From: Candidatus Woesearchaeota archaeon
GTDB taxonomy: Archaea; Nanobdellota; Nanobdellia; Woesearchaeales; GW2011-AR9
Length of the DNA: 64,000 nucleotides
Direction: 5' to 3'
Assembly: GCA_018696595.1 (NCBI GenBank)
Contig: JABHQW010000002.1
Coordinates: 1-64,000 of the forward strand
Both the position numbers and the translations under genes were made by a program. Below the pieces are notes generated by a model. It saw nothing but the letters and a program-made list of their open reading frames with translations, was not told the DNA's origin and made no database searches. Numbering within the stretch: the stretch's first letter is position 1; each line of letters opens with the position of its first letter. This document shows, piece after piece, positions 55,834 through 64,000 of this stretch.

Positions 55834-58038
55834 TTAATTAAATAAATTCTTTAAGAAAGTTGAAATTGCTCCACCAGTAATAGCGTTTCCTTCTTCTGGT
55901 TCAGCTTCTGGTTCAGGAGTTGGTTCGGGTTCCACAACTTCGGGTTCGGACTCTTCTTCCTCTTCTTCAACTTCGGGTTCACTTTCTACTACTTCTGGCT
56001 CCTCATTACTTCCAGAATTGTCATCAGAACCTGGTGGGCCACTTTCTCCATAACCTAAGCAAACACATTGACCATCTACACAGTCTGTGTTTTGATCACC
56101 ACACTCTTGTTCACAGCCATCACTACATTCACTTGTTGGGTGAGATTTACATTCACCATACTCACAATAAGTGTCTTCTGGGCAAAGAATTGCATCACAA
56201 CCTTCTTTCCAATCGTCTCCTTCTTTATCATCGTAGTAACATTCACACTGATCATCTATACAATCTGTACTAGAAGCGCCAGGACATTTACTTTCACAAT
56301 CACCGCAACCTCCTTCGTCTGGGAAACATTGTCCATATTGACAACTATATCCTTGCTGGCAATCTATTGCTCCACATCCTTCATTTGAATCTGAAGTGCA
56401 TTTACAATTTTTACCATTGTCATCACAGATGTGTAATTCATCAGCGGCACAATCTTGTTTTGATTCTCCTTCCATTTTCTTTTGAATTTTTTTACATTCA
56501 TCCCAATCTCTTCTTCCAGAACCATCTAACCCTGCATCTAAACATTCTTGTGGGGCTTCTAACTTAAACTGAACCGGTTTACATTTTTTCCATGGGTCTC
56601 TGTCATCGGCAAATTGGTGACATTCCTCTGGCGCATCCAACATGAAAGTAATCTTATTACACTTTTTCCAATCATCTTTACCTTCTCCAGTTAATCCTGC
56701 ATCTAAACACTCTTGTGGAGAATCTAACTTGAAACGGATAGTTTCACATTTCTTCCAATCATCTCTATGTGTTCCATCAATACCTGCATCTAAACATTCT
56801 TGTGGTGCATCTAATTTGAATCTAATTGCATCACACTTCTTCCAATCGTCTCTTCCAGAACCAGTTAAACCCGCATCAATACATTCTTGTGGTGCGTCTA
56901 ACTTAAACATATATTTTTCACATGTTCGGAAACTTTTAAGTCCTGCATCAATACATTCTTGTGGTGCGTCTTGTTTAAACATAATTTGTTCACAAGCTTC
57001 TCTAGAATCTCGTTCATTATTAATGTCGATTTTTCCTGCTTCTAAAGCTTTAACACAAGGTTCAGGACCATGGATCTTAAACATAACTTTTGAACAGGCT
57101 TCTTTACTTTCTGCACCAGCTTCAACACATTCTATTGGAATATGGAAATCATGTTTTGAATCTCCATAATTATCTTCTAAATCTGCCATAACATTTTGTA
57201 AGTAGTCTGGAAGTAAATCTATTGGGTCTCCTGCCTTTTCCATTTCTTTACAAGCTTCTTCATCTCCAGCATCACATTGTGCCGCTAAAGGGGCAATGAT
57301 ATTACATTGTTCTGCAAAAGGTTTTACAGAGATATCATCACATCGACATTCACTAGGATTATCAAAACATTCAGACATAATTTCAAAAAATTCTTTAGCT
57401 TCTTGCTCTTGTTCTTCAGTTAATTCTTCATCTAAATCTCTTTTCCATTTAGGTGCATCATCATCAGTTTTACAAATTTTTGAATATTCTAATGGGTCTA
57501 TGTCTGAGAGGGCTCGACATAGTTCAGCAATCTTATTAGAAATCTTTGCAGCTAAAGCAATTTTATCTTCTTCTTTAAGATTATCATTGATACCATCTTT
57601 AACATCTTCCCAGTCTTCATCTACTTCGAAAGAGTTTAAAATAACTTTTACAGCTTTACTACTTTCTCTAACTTCTCTTTCTATTTCTGGAGATACTTCT
57701 TTTTTAATAATTTTGTTATACCTTTCAACACCTTCTAAAGCTTTTTCTGCTCCTTCTTGGTTGTTATCTTCAATCATTGCTTTTAGTTCTAGAATTTTTT
57801 CCTCTTTATATTCTAAAGCAGTTTCTGGATTGTCTCCCACTAACATATTTTCTAGTAACGTTTCCATAAAATATAACGCACTGTCTGGAGTCATTCCAGC
57901 TTCACCTTTCAACTCAACGTCATTAACATCTTGATAAATATCTTCTTCTAAGACTTCATTGTACTCTTCATCATAATCTTGAGCAGTAACAGTCATTGCT
58001 AATAATATAATTAATAGTACAGAAATTATTTTTTTCAT
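55834..58038 (-). CDS. Secreted protein with helical domain, ~29-aa Cys-containing tandem repeats, Cys-rich region and acidic Pro/Glu tail
   Basis: Signal peptide, AGMTPDSALYF...E motif (DUF5667-like), FKLDAPQECLDAGL.G.GRDDWKKC repeats and C-terminal ITGGAIS. Confidence 0.8.
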   Translation of the reverse strand: MKKIISVLLIILLAMTVTAQDYDEEYNEVLEEDIYQDVNDVELKGEAGMTPDSALYFMETLLENMLVGDNPETALEYKEEKILELKAMIEDNNQEGAEKALEGVERYNKIIKKEVSPEIEREVRESSKAVKVILNSFEVDEDWEDVKDGINDNLKEEDKIALAAKISNKIAELCRALSDIDPLEYSKICKTDDDAPKWKRDLDEELTEEQEQEAKEFFEIMSECFDNPSECRCDDISVKPFAEQCNIIAPLAAQCDAGDEEACKEMEKAGDPIDLLPDYLQNVMADLEDNYGDSKHDFHIPIECVEAGAESKEACSKVMFKIHGPEPCVKALEAGKIDINNERDSREACEQIMFKQDAPQECIDAGLKSFRTCEKYMFKLDAPQECIDAGLTGSGRDDWKKCDAIRFKLDAPQECLDAGIDGTHRDDWKKCETIRFKLDSPQECLDAGLTGEGKDDWKKCNKITFMLDAPEECHQFADDRDPWKKCKPVQFKLEAPQECLDAGLDGSGRRDWDECKKIQKKMEGESKQDCAADELHICDDNGKNCKCTSDSNEGCGAIDCQQGYSCQYGQCFPDEGGCGDCESKCPGASSTDCIDDQCECYYDDKEGDDWKEGCDAILCPEDTYCEYGECKSHPTSECSDGCEQECGDQNTDCVDGQCVCLGYGESGPPGSDDNSGSNEEPEVVESEPEVEEEEEESEPEVVEPEPTPEPEAEPEEGNAITGGAISTFLKNLFN
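56490..57140 (-). repeat. Coding tandem repeats, 6 clear and about 2 degenerate, period up to 87 nt
   Basis: Recurrent CCTGCATCTAAACA(T/C)TCTTGTGG near 56533, 56697 and 56783, with variants near 56879 and 56951. Confidence 0.85.
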
Positions 58039-58104
58039 TTGTATACACCTCTTTGAATTTATCTAAGTATAATTTAGTTATATATAAAAGTAATCTCTCT
58101 TTTC

Positions 58105-58153
58105 CGAAATCTTTATAAATAATTGTGCATTAATGCAATGCATTGACGCACAA
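58105..58153 (+). promoter_or_regulatory. TATA box followed by overlapping palindromes; candidate autoregulatory operator
   Basis: TTTATAAA at 58112..58119, TGCATTAATGCA (58126..58137) and CAATGCATTG (58136..58145), enclosed by TTGTGC/GCACAA. Confidence 0.5.
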
Positions 58154-58348
58154 ATGAGTAAAACAAAAAAAGAGTTGACAATAGGACTTCTAAAGAAAGA
58201 CACAGATGGTTTGACAATTATTGAGATTGCAAATAAGCTAAAAGTTTCTCGGAACACTGTTCCCGTTATATTGGCAGAACTTAAAGGGGAAGGCAAGATT
58301 CGTATTAGGCCAGTTGGTAAAGCAAAACTTCATTATTGGAAAAAATGA
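58154..58348 (+). CDS. Small winged-helix HTH transcription regulator
   Basis: GLTIIEIANKLKVSRNTV..ILAELKGEGKI..RPVGKAKL. Start moved from 58133. Confidence 0.85.
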   Translation: MSKTKKELTIGLLKKDTDGLTIIEIANKLKVSRNTVPVILAELKGEGKIRIRPVGKAKLHYWKK

Positions 58349-61300
58349 AGAAAAACATAATTGCAGGAATTGTACTTTTATTCATCGTAGTAGTCTTAGC
58401 TTTATCTATCTCCCAAACAGAAACCGCAATTACTGGTGCGGTTATTGGGATTCATCAAGAAAACTTTACTGTGGATGAAAATGTTACTATTACAATCCCG
58501 GATTCCGAAAAAACAATCTTGGATTTTAATGAAACAATAATTGAAAATGTAACTGAAAAGTTGCCTTTGGGAACAAATGAAACGATTTTTGTTAATGAAA
58601 CTATTGAATTGCCTATTGATGAACCTGAAGAAATTCCTGGTTCGGGGGAAGAATCAACTGAAAACGAAATTACCGGGGGCATTACTGTTGATTTACCCAT
58701 TGAAAATATTTCTGATGAAATTGTTGAACTGCCCATTGAAGAACCTTTAATTATTAATGAAACAATTGAAGGACCAACTGTTAACAAAACCTTTGAAACA
58801 AATAAAAAGGTGGGAGAAATTAACACAACTAATTCTTTAGGAAAATTAAATGCAATTACTCCACTTGATTTAGGATCTCAAAATCTAGTTTTAACTAGTG
58901 GGGGAAATACCCAATCTTCCGATGCTCAAAACACTGCTGAATGGAGGATGCAGGGTCGAGATTTACAACGTACTGCTTATTATCCTGGATCTACACCAGT
59001 AAATATTTCTACTGAAACCCAAATTACTAAAACGGGTTTAAGTTTATCTTCTGCTCAAGCTGCTGTGGCTGGTGGATTTATGTACATTGGTGATAATGCT
59101 CGTCTTTACAAAGTTAATGCTTTTAATGTTAGTCAAGAAATTGATCGTTCGGGAAGTCTCTCAACATTATACATCACTGGCCCTACAGTTTGGGGAGATT
59201 TTGTTTATGTTACTAATGGGGGTACTTATTATCAAATTAACACTTCTAATTTGAGTCAAACTCTTGCTACTTTTTCTGTTGGTAGTCAAAGTTGGGCTAA
59301 TCCCATTATTTATGATGGGCTAATTTATTTTGCTAGTACGAGTACAGACAAGTTATACAAGAATAACGCTAGTAACATTAGTCATTCAATTGCAAGTTAT
59401 TCAATGACTAATTGCGATTCTAACATTGCTATTGATAATAATTTCATGTATATTGCTTGTGGGAATGTTGTAAGTCAACTTAATATGTCTAATCTTTCTC
59501 AAACTTACGCTTCATATAATGTTGGGCATGTAAATAATCGGGGTGGAATAACTATTGGTGGTGGTTTTGCTTATGTTGGAGAAGAAACAAATGACAAGGT
59601 TTGGCAATTAAATGCATCTAATGTTTCGCAGTTGATTGCAACTTATAGTGCTGGTGGAGATGTAGAAGCTGCTGTTGCTTATACTTCAGATTATGTTTAT
59701 GCTGGTAGTTGGGATGGTAATTTATACCAACTAAATGCTTCTAATGTTTCTCAACTAGTTGCTAGCCTTAATACCGGAACTGTGTATTACACCCCTGTTG
59801 TTAGTAATAATCATGTTTTCGTTACGGCTGGTTCTGGTACGACATATCAATTGAATGCTTCTAATATTGCTCAAATTATTACTACTGAAAGTACAGGGGG
59901 TAATTTTAATTCCCCAACAATTGCCAATGGAATTGTTTATGCTCATAGTGGTAGCACTATGTATCAATATGGTAGTGGTGCACCTATTGTAACTTTAAAT
60001 TCTCCTGCAGACAATTATATTAATCAAACTCAAATAGCTTCCATTACATTCAATTGTTCTGCAAGTAGTGGTGTTGGTTTGGCCAATATGAGTTTACATC
60101 TTACTAACTCATCGAACCAGAATTTAACTTCAAACCAAACCACTATCATTAATGGAACTAGTAATTCAACCACCTGGAGTGTGACTTTATCTAATGGGAC
60201 TTACAGTTGGAATTGTTTAAGTTATGATATTAACGGTTTAGAAGGGTGGGGGGTACAAAGAAGTCTTACTATCGGTGATAGTTATGTTCCTACATTTACT
60301 TATACTTCTCCAACCCCTACTGATGCGACAGCACAATCCCAAACAAATGTTAAGATTAATATTTCTATTGAAGAGGCAAACCTAAAAGAATTAAAATATA
60401 ATTGGAATGGAACTAATCATACCATTTACAACGATTCTTTAGTTTTAATGTTTAACTTTGATAATCTTTCTGCTTTAAATGAAAATCACACCTATGTTTT
60501 TGATGTAAGTGGGAATAACAATAATGGGACTTCTGTTAATGAGGCTGGTTCTTTTTCTTCGGGGAAATATGGAGGTGCGTTTGACTTTGATGGCGTTAAT
60601 GATCAAGTGATTACTCCTAGCATTTTTGGAATTGGAACTACTAGTTTTACTATTTCCAGTTGGGTTAATTTGGATTCTATCTCTGAGGGTGGTGCTTTTG
60701 TAAAAATTGGTGGCACTTCACCAAACCAAGGGTTTGCGATTGGTGTTGGGGGAACTACTTTTGATGATACAGGTAATGATTTAATTCTTCTTTACGAAGG
60801 GATAAGATGGATTGATACAAATGATGCAATTGGTACTGGTTGGCACCATGTTGCCATGACTGTTGATAGTAGTGGATATCCTTCAGCATTTATTGATGGT
60901 AATTTAACTTATAGTGATACCACTGGAACTGGGGCAGCACCTCAACAAGATATTACTTATGTTGGTGGGTATACTGGTTCTGGGGCTGAGAATAGACATG
61001 CTGATGTTACTATTGATGAAGTTCGTATTTGGGGTCGTAGTTTAAATGCTCAAGAGATTTACGAACAATACGCATCAAACCTTAGGAAAATAGATTTAGA
61101 CTCTTGGGAATTTTATGTTAACCAAAGTAAGAACTCTACTGCGGTATTAACTGATAGTGCTTATACTTATTCGGTTTATTCCAATGATGTTTACAATCAG
61201 GCGGCCTCTAGCACACAACAAACAATTACCATTGATACTGTCATTCCAACCTTTGTAAATATTAACAATGTTTCAATTGAACATAAGTTTGCATTGGGAA

Positions 61301-64000
61301 ATAATATCAATGCAACAGATACTGTTGCGTTAAGTTGTTTTACTGTTAATGATACAACAAACTTTAAAATTAATTGTTCTGGTTATCTGGAGAATAATAC
61401 AATTGTTGATGTTGCAAGATATGATTTATTAATAACAATCAATGATACTGCAGGAAATACTAATCAACAAACAATGTTTGTTAATATTACTCCAGATGTT
61501 ACTCTACCTACATTTACTACTATTGCAAATCAAACTGTAGAATATGGGGCTTCATTGGGTTATGATATTGAAGCAAGTGATAATAATCAGTTTGACTGTT
61601 TTGTAGTAAATGATACAACAAGGTTTAAAGTTAATTGTTCTGGTTATTTAGAGAATAATACCGTGTTAAGTATTAACCGTTACTGGCTAAATCTTACCAT
61701 TAATGATTCTTCAAATAATGTAAATTATGACACTATGTGGGTTAATGTTTCAGATACTATTTCCCCAACAATTTCTATTGTTTATCCCACTAATGGGACT
61801 AATACCACTAATACTTTACTAAATGTTAATTATACTGTTTCCGATTTAAATACATTATCTTGCTGGTATAGTAATGATACAATGAGTGTGAATACAACTT
61901 TGGTAAGTTGTGCAAATATCACCTCTGTGGTTTGGGGTGAAGGGCAACATAATATCACTGTTTGGGTTAATGACACTTATAATAACAAGAATAGTTCTGG
62001 CATTACATTTACAGTAGATTTATCAGCCCCAACATTTACTGCAATTGCTAACCAAAGCTTTCTAAGCAAGAATTCTTTAGCATATGATGTTGATGCAACG
62101 GATGTTGTTGGGGTGAGTTGCTTTACAGTTAATGACACCACTAATTTCCAGATTAATTGTTCTGGTTATTTACAAAACAATACTGCTTTGAGTGTTGGTA
62201 CTTATTGGTTGAACATTACAGTTAATGACACTTTTAATTTTAACAACTCAGCTTTAATGTATGTTGAAGTAAACACTACTCCCACTATTGGTTTAACTTT
62301 AGTTTCTCCAATGGGTAATATTAATGTTACTCAAAACAAATCTTTTAGTGTTTCTGCGACGGTAAGTTGTAGTAATGCTGATTGTGGAGAAGTTAATGTT
62401 AGTTTAGATCCAGCAACAGATAGAACTCTCAGAACTTGTTCTGGAGTTTGGGGCGCTAGTTGTGTCGGTTCGGACCCAACAACAGGAGATTATAGTTATG
62501 ATAGTTGTGCAGCGGGATCATATTATTCTAATGGTTTCTGGGTTGATGAAGTTCACGTTGACGCCACTACTGTTGCAATAGGGGATACAATCAATATAAC
62601 CTGTGATTATGATTGTTATTCCTCTTCTAGCCTCAACGATATTGCAATTATGTATTATAACGGGACTTGGAATAAGATCTGGCGACAAGATAGTGCTTGC
62701 ACTGATGGGAATTATTCACAAGCTGTTGTTATTAGTGGTGCTGTTGGTGTACAAAAAGCAAGATGTTCCATTGGTTATAATTTGTACCCTAATGATGCAA
62801 CAGATGATGTCTGTTTTGATACCACTTATTCTGATAATGATGATGTTAATTTTACAGTTGTTGCATCTGGGAAATCAGGATTGGTTTCAATGAATACTTC
62901 TGCTACTCCATTTTGGACGTCTGTAACCAATCCCTATAACTTAACATTAAATGTTGGGGAATCTTCTACCATCACTTGGACAGTTAATGCAACTGGAGAC
63001 ACTAATGTCACTCATGAGTTTTTTGTTTATGTTAATCAGACTGCGGACAAAACAATTAGTAATATTACTGCTAAATGGAATGTCACCATTGTTAATTTTA
63101 CTGTTAGTGCACAAGCCCCTTCTGTTAGTATTGTGTATCCAGTTGCGAGTACAAATTACAATACAGATGTTACTCTTATGAATTATACGGTTACTACAGA
63201 TCCTGCTTGGCAAACATTAAATCAGTGTTGGTATAGTACAGATAGTGGAGTGACAAACTCAAGTAAAGTTGCTGGAGGAATTAATTTTACAGGTCTGACA
63301 AGTGTAGCTGATTCAAATACTTGGACCGTTTATTGTGATGATAATAATAGTTTGGTAGGCACAGGTAGTGTTACTTTTCAGAGAATTCCAGTGATCAATT
63401 TGACTTTAGTTTATCCTACTCAGAATATTAATGTTAGTCAAAATGAATTTTTTAATGTTACCACGATAGTAAGTTGTAGCAATGTGAATTGTGGAGAAAT
63501 AAATGTTACATTAGATCCAGAGGTTGGTACTTATTATAACTTTACCACTTGTGGAGCAAGTGGGGTAAATGGACCCACTCAAGCAAATTGCACTGCCAAT
63601 TATACTGGAACAACTCTTGCGGGTCTTGTAACAATAAATACAACTGGTTATCAAGAATTTTTAGTTCCCACAACTGGAACATATCTTATTGGGGCCTATG
63701 GTGCAAGCGGTGGAACTCAACCGCAAAACACACCCGTAAGTGAGGGTGCTTTTATCTCTGGGAATGTGAGTCTTACTGCAGGAACAAAACTGATTATTGT
63801 TGTTGGTCAAGTTGGAGCGAGTAGTGCCATCTCAGATAATGAAGCGGGGGCAGGAGGGGGAACTTTTGTTACTTCTGGAAATAATTATACTATTTCGTCA
63901 CCTTTAATTGTTGCTGGAGGGGGTTCCGGGGCAGGATCGGATAGTAACGGAGGAAATGCATATATTTTAACTGATGGAATTGGCTCTGGATGTACCTTAG
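58345..64000 (+). CDS. Giant multidomain surface protein, 3'-truncated by the window (at least 1885 aa; absent from the ORF track)
   Basis: ATG overlaps the HTH stop (ATGA) and the frame is open to the window end. Order: signal/TM plus ITGAVIG; PQQ-like propeller (WRMQGRDLQRT, YQLNASNVSQ repeats); Ig-like domains; LamG (GKYGGAFDFDG, WHHVAMT, IDEVRIW); three CFxVNDTT.F..NCSGYL.NNT repeats; ALK/LTK-like Gly-rich domain. Confidence 0.9.
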   Translation, partial: MKKNIIAGIVLLFIVVVLALSISQTETAITGAVIGIHQENFTVDENVTITIPDSEKTILDFNETIIENVTEKLPLGTNETIFVNETIELPIDEPEEIPGSGEESTENEITGGITVDLPIENISDEIVELPIEEPLIINETIEGPTVNKTFETNKKVGEINTTNSLGKLNAITPLDLGSQNLVLTSGGNTQSSDAQNTAEWRMQGRDLQRTAYYPGSTPVNISTETQITKTGLSLSSAQAAVAGGFMYIGDNARLYKVNAFNVSQEIDRSGSLSTLYITGPTVWGDFVYVTNGGTYYQINTSNLSQTLATFSVGSQSWANPIIYDGLIYFASTSTDKLYKNNASNISHSIASYSMTNCDSNIAIDNNFMYIACGNVVSQLNMSNLSQTYASYNVGHVNNRGGITIGGGFAYVGEETNDKVWQLNASNVSQLIATYSAGGDVEAAVAYTSDYVYAGSWDGNLYQLNASNVSQLVASLNTGTVYYTPVVSNNHVFVTAGSGTTYQLNASNIAQIITTESTGGNFNSPTIANGIVYAHSGSTMYQYGSGAPIVTLNSPADNYINQTQIASITFNCSASSGVGLANMSLHLTNSSNQNLTSNQTTIINGTSNSTTWSVTLSNGTYSWNCLSYDINGLEGWGVQRSLTIGDSYVPTFTYTSPTPTDATAQSQTNVKINISIEEANLKELKYNWNGTNHTIYNDSLVLMFNFDNLSALNENHTYVFDVSGNNNNGTSVNEAGSFSSGKYGGAFDFDGVNDQVITPSIFGIGTTSFTISSWVNLDSISEGGAFVKIGGTSPNQGFAIGVGGTTFDDTGNDLILLYEGIRWIDTNDAIGTGWHHVAMTVDSSGYPSAFIDGNLTYSDTTGTGAAPQQDITYVGGYTGSGAENRHADVTIDEVRIWGRSLNAQEIYEQYASNLRKIDLDSWEFYVNQSKNSTAVLTDSAYTYSVYSNDVYNQAASSTQQTITIDTVIPTFVNINNVSIEHKFALGNNINATDTVALSCFTVNDTTNFKINCSGYLENNTIVDVARYDLLITINDTAGNTNQQTMFVNITPDVTLPTFTTIANQTVEYGASLGYDIEASDNNQFDCFVVNDTTRFKVNCSGYLENNTVLSINRYWLNLTINDSSNNVNYDTMWVNVSDTISPTISIVYPTNGTNTTNTLLNVNYTVSDLNTLSCWYSNDTMSVNTTLVSCANITSVVWGEGQHNITVWVNDTYNNKNSSGITFTVDLSAPTFTAIANQSFLSKNSLAYDVDATDVVGVSCFTVNDTTNFQINCSGYLQNNTALSVGTYWLNITVNDTFNFNNSALMYVEVNTTPTIGLTLVSPMGNINVTQNKSFSVSATVSCSNADCGEVNVSLDPATDRTLRTCSGVWGASCVGSDPTTGDYSYDSCAAGSYYSNGFWVDEVHVDATTVAIGDTINITCDYDCYSSSSLNDIAIMYYNGTWNKIWRQDSACTDGNYSQAVVISGAVGVQKARCSIGYNLYPNDATDDVCFDTTYSDNDDVNFTVVASGKSGLVSMNTSATPFWTSVTNPYNLTLNVGESSTITWTVNATGDTNVTHEFFVYVNQTADKTISNITAKWNVTIVNFTVSAQAPSVSIVYPVASTNYNTDVTLMNYTVTTDPAWQTLNQCWYSTDSGVTNSSKVAGGINFTGLTSVADSNTWTVYCDDNNSLVGTGSVTFQRIPVINLTLVYPTQNINVSQNEFFNVTTIVSCSNVNCGEINVTLDPEVGTYYNFTTCGASGVNGPTQANCTANYTGTTLAGLVTINTTGYQEFLVPTTGTYLIGAYGASGGTQPQNTPVSEGAFISGNVSLTAGTKLIIVVGQVGASSAISDNEAGAGGGTFVTSGNNYTISSPLIVAGGGSGAGSDSNGGNAYILTDGIGSGCTL

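Noticed and set aside
55920-58826. Opposite-strand ORFs over the repeat protein and the start of the giant gene (for example 56642..57169, 57296..57934, 58455..58826)
   Set aside because: Shadows of strongly supported genes. Their periodicity is inherited from the coding repeats.
1-64000. CRISPR array, cas genes, rRNA, IS transposases, diversity-generating retroelement
   Set aside because: No regularly spaced repeat-spacer run, no rRNA-like tract, and no Cas, transposase or reverse-transcriptase motifs were seen. The periodic repeats found are in-frame coding repeats.

Overview
This is a low-GC archaeal chromosomal segment with a DPANN signature, most likely Woesearchaeota (inferred from gene content and protein style, not searched). 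Core genes include maf, rps8e, lonB, scpA, an intron-containing tRNA-Val(TAC), an ssb-rnp2-psmA-sbds-rrp4-rrp41-rrp42-rpoK cluster, pth2, tdk, rad50, polB, carS and dph2. An nrdR-nrdJ-cobO unit carries apparent tandem NrdR boxes. These genes are interleaved with surface-protein loci: a Cys-rich cluster, a 2414-aa NosD/beta-helix protein, and an unlisted ORF of at least 1885 aa that runs off the right edge. No CRISPR array, rRNA, integrase or transposase was seen. The most notable observations are: (1) dispersed GC-rich intergenic palindromic elements in two families with conserved cores and compensatory changes, one nested inside another copy in inverted orientation, plus a hairpin sharing the same loop motif inserted into a duplicated tRNA 3' end with an apparent CCGG duplication; (2) a tRNA-adjacent trio of membrane-anchored or exported Cys-hydrolase-like proteins (two NlpC/P60-like, one clan CD-like with an internal twin-arginine motif); (3) a Cc1-like chromatin domain fused to a histone-H1-like Lys-rich tail; (4) bacterial-type NrdR operators on an archaeal TATA promoter; (5) a pair of HIT proteins both lacking the catalytic His; (6) a giant adhesin with passenger domains inserted at a fixed LDP site, including an ALK/LTK-like glycine-rich domain. 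All family assignments come from motif recognition by eye; no database searches or folding programs were run.
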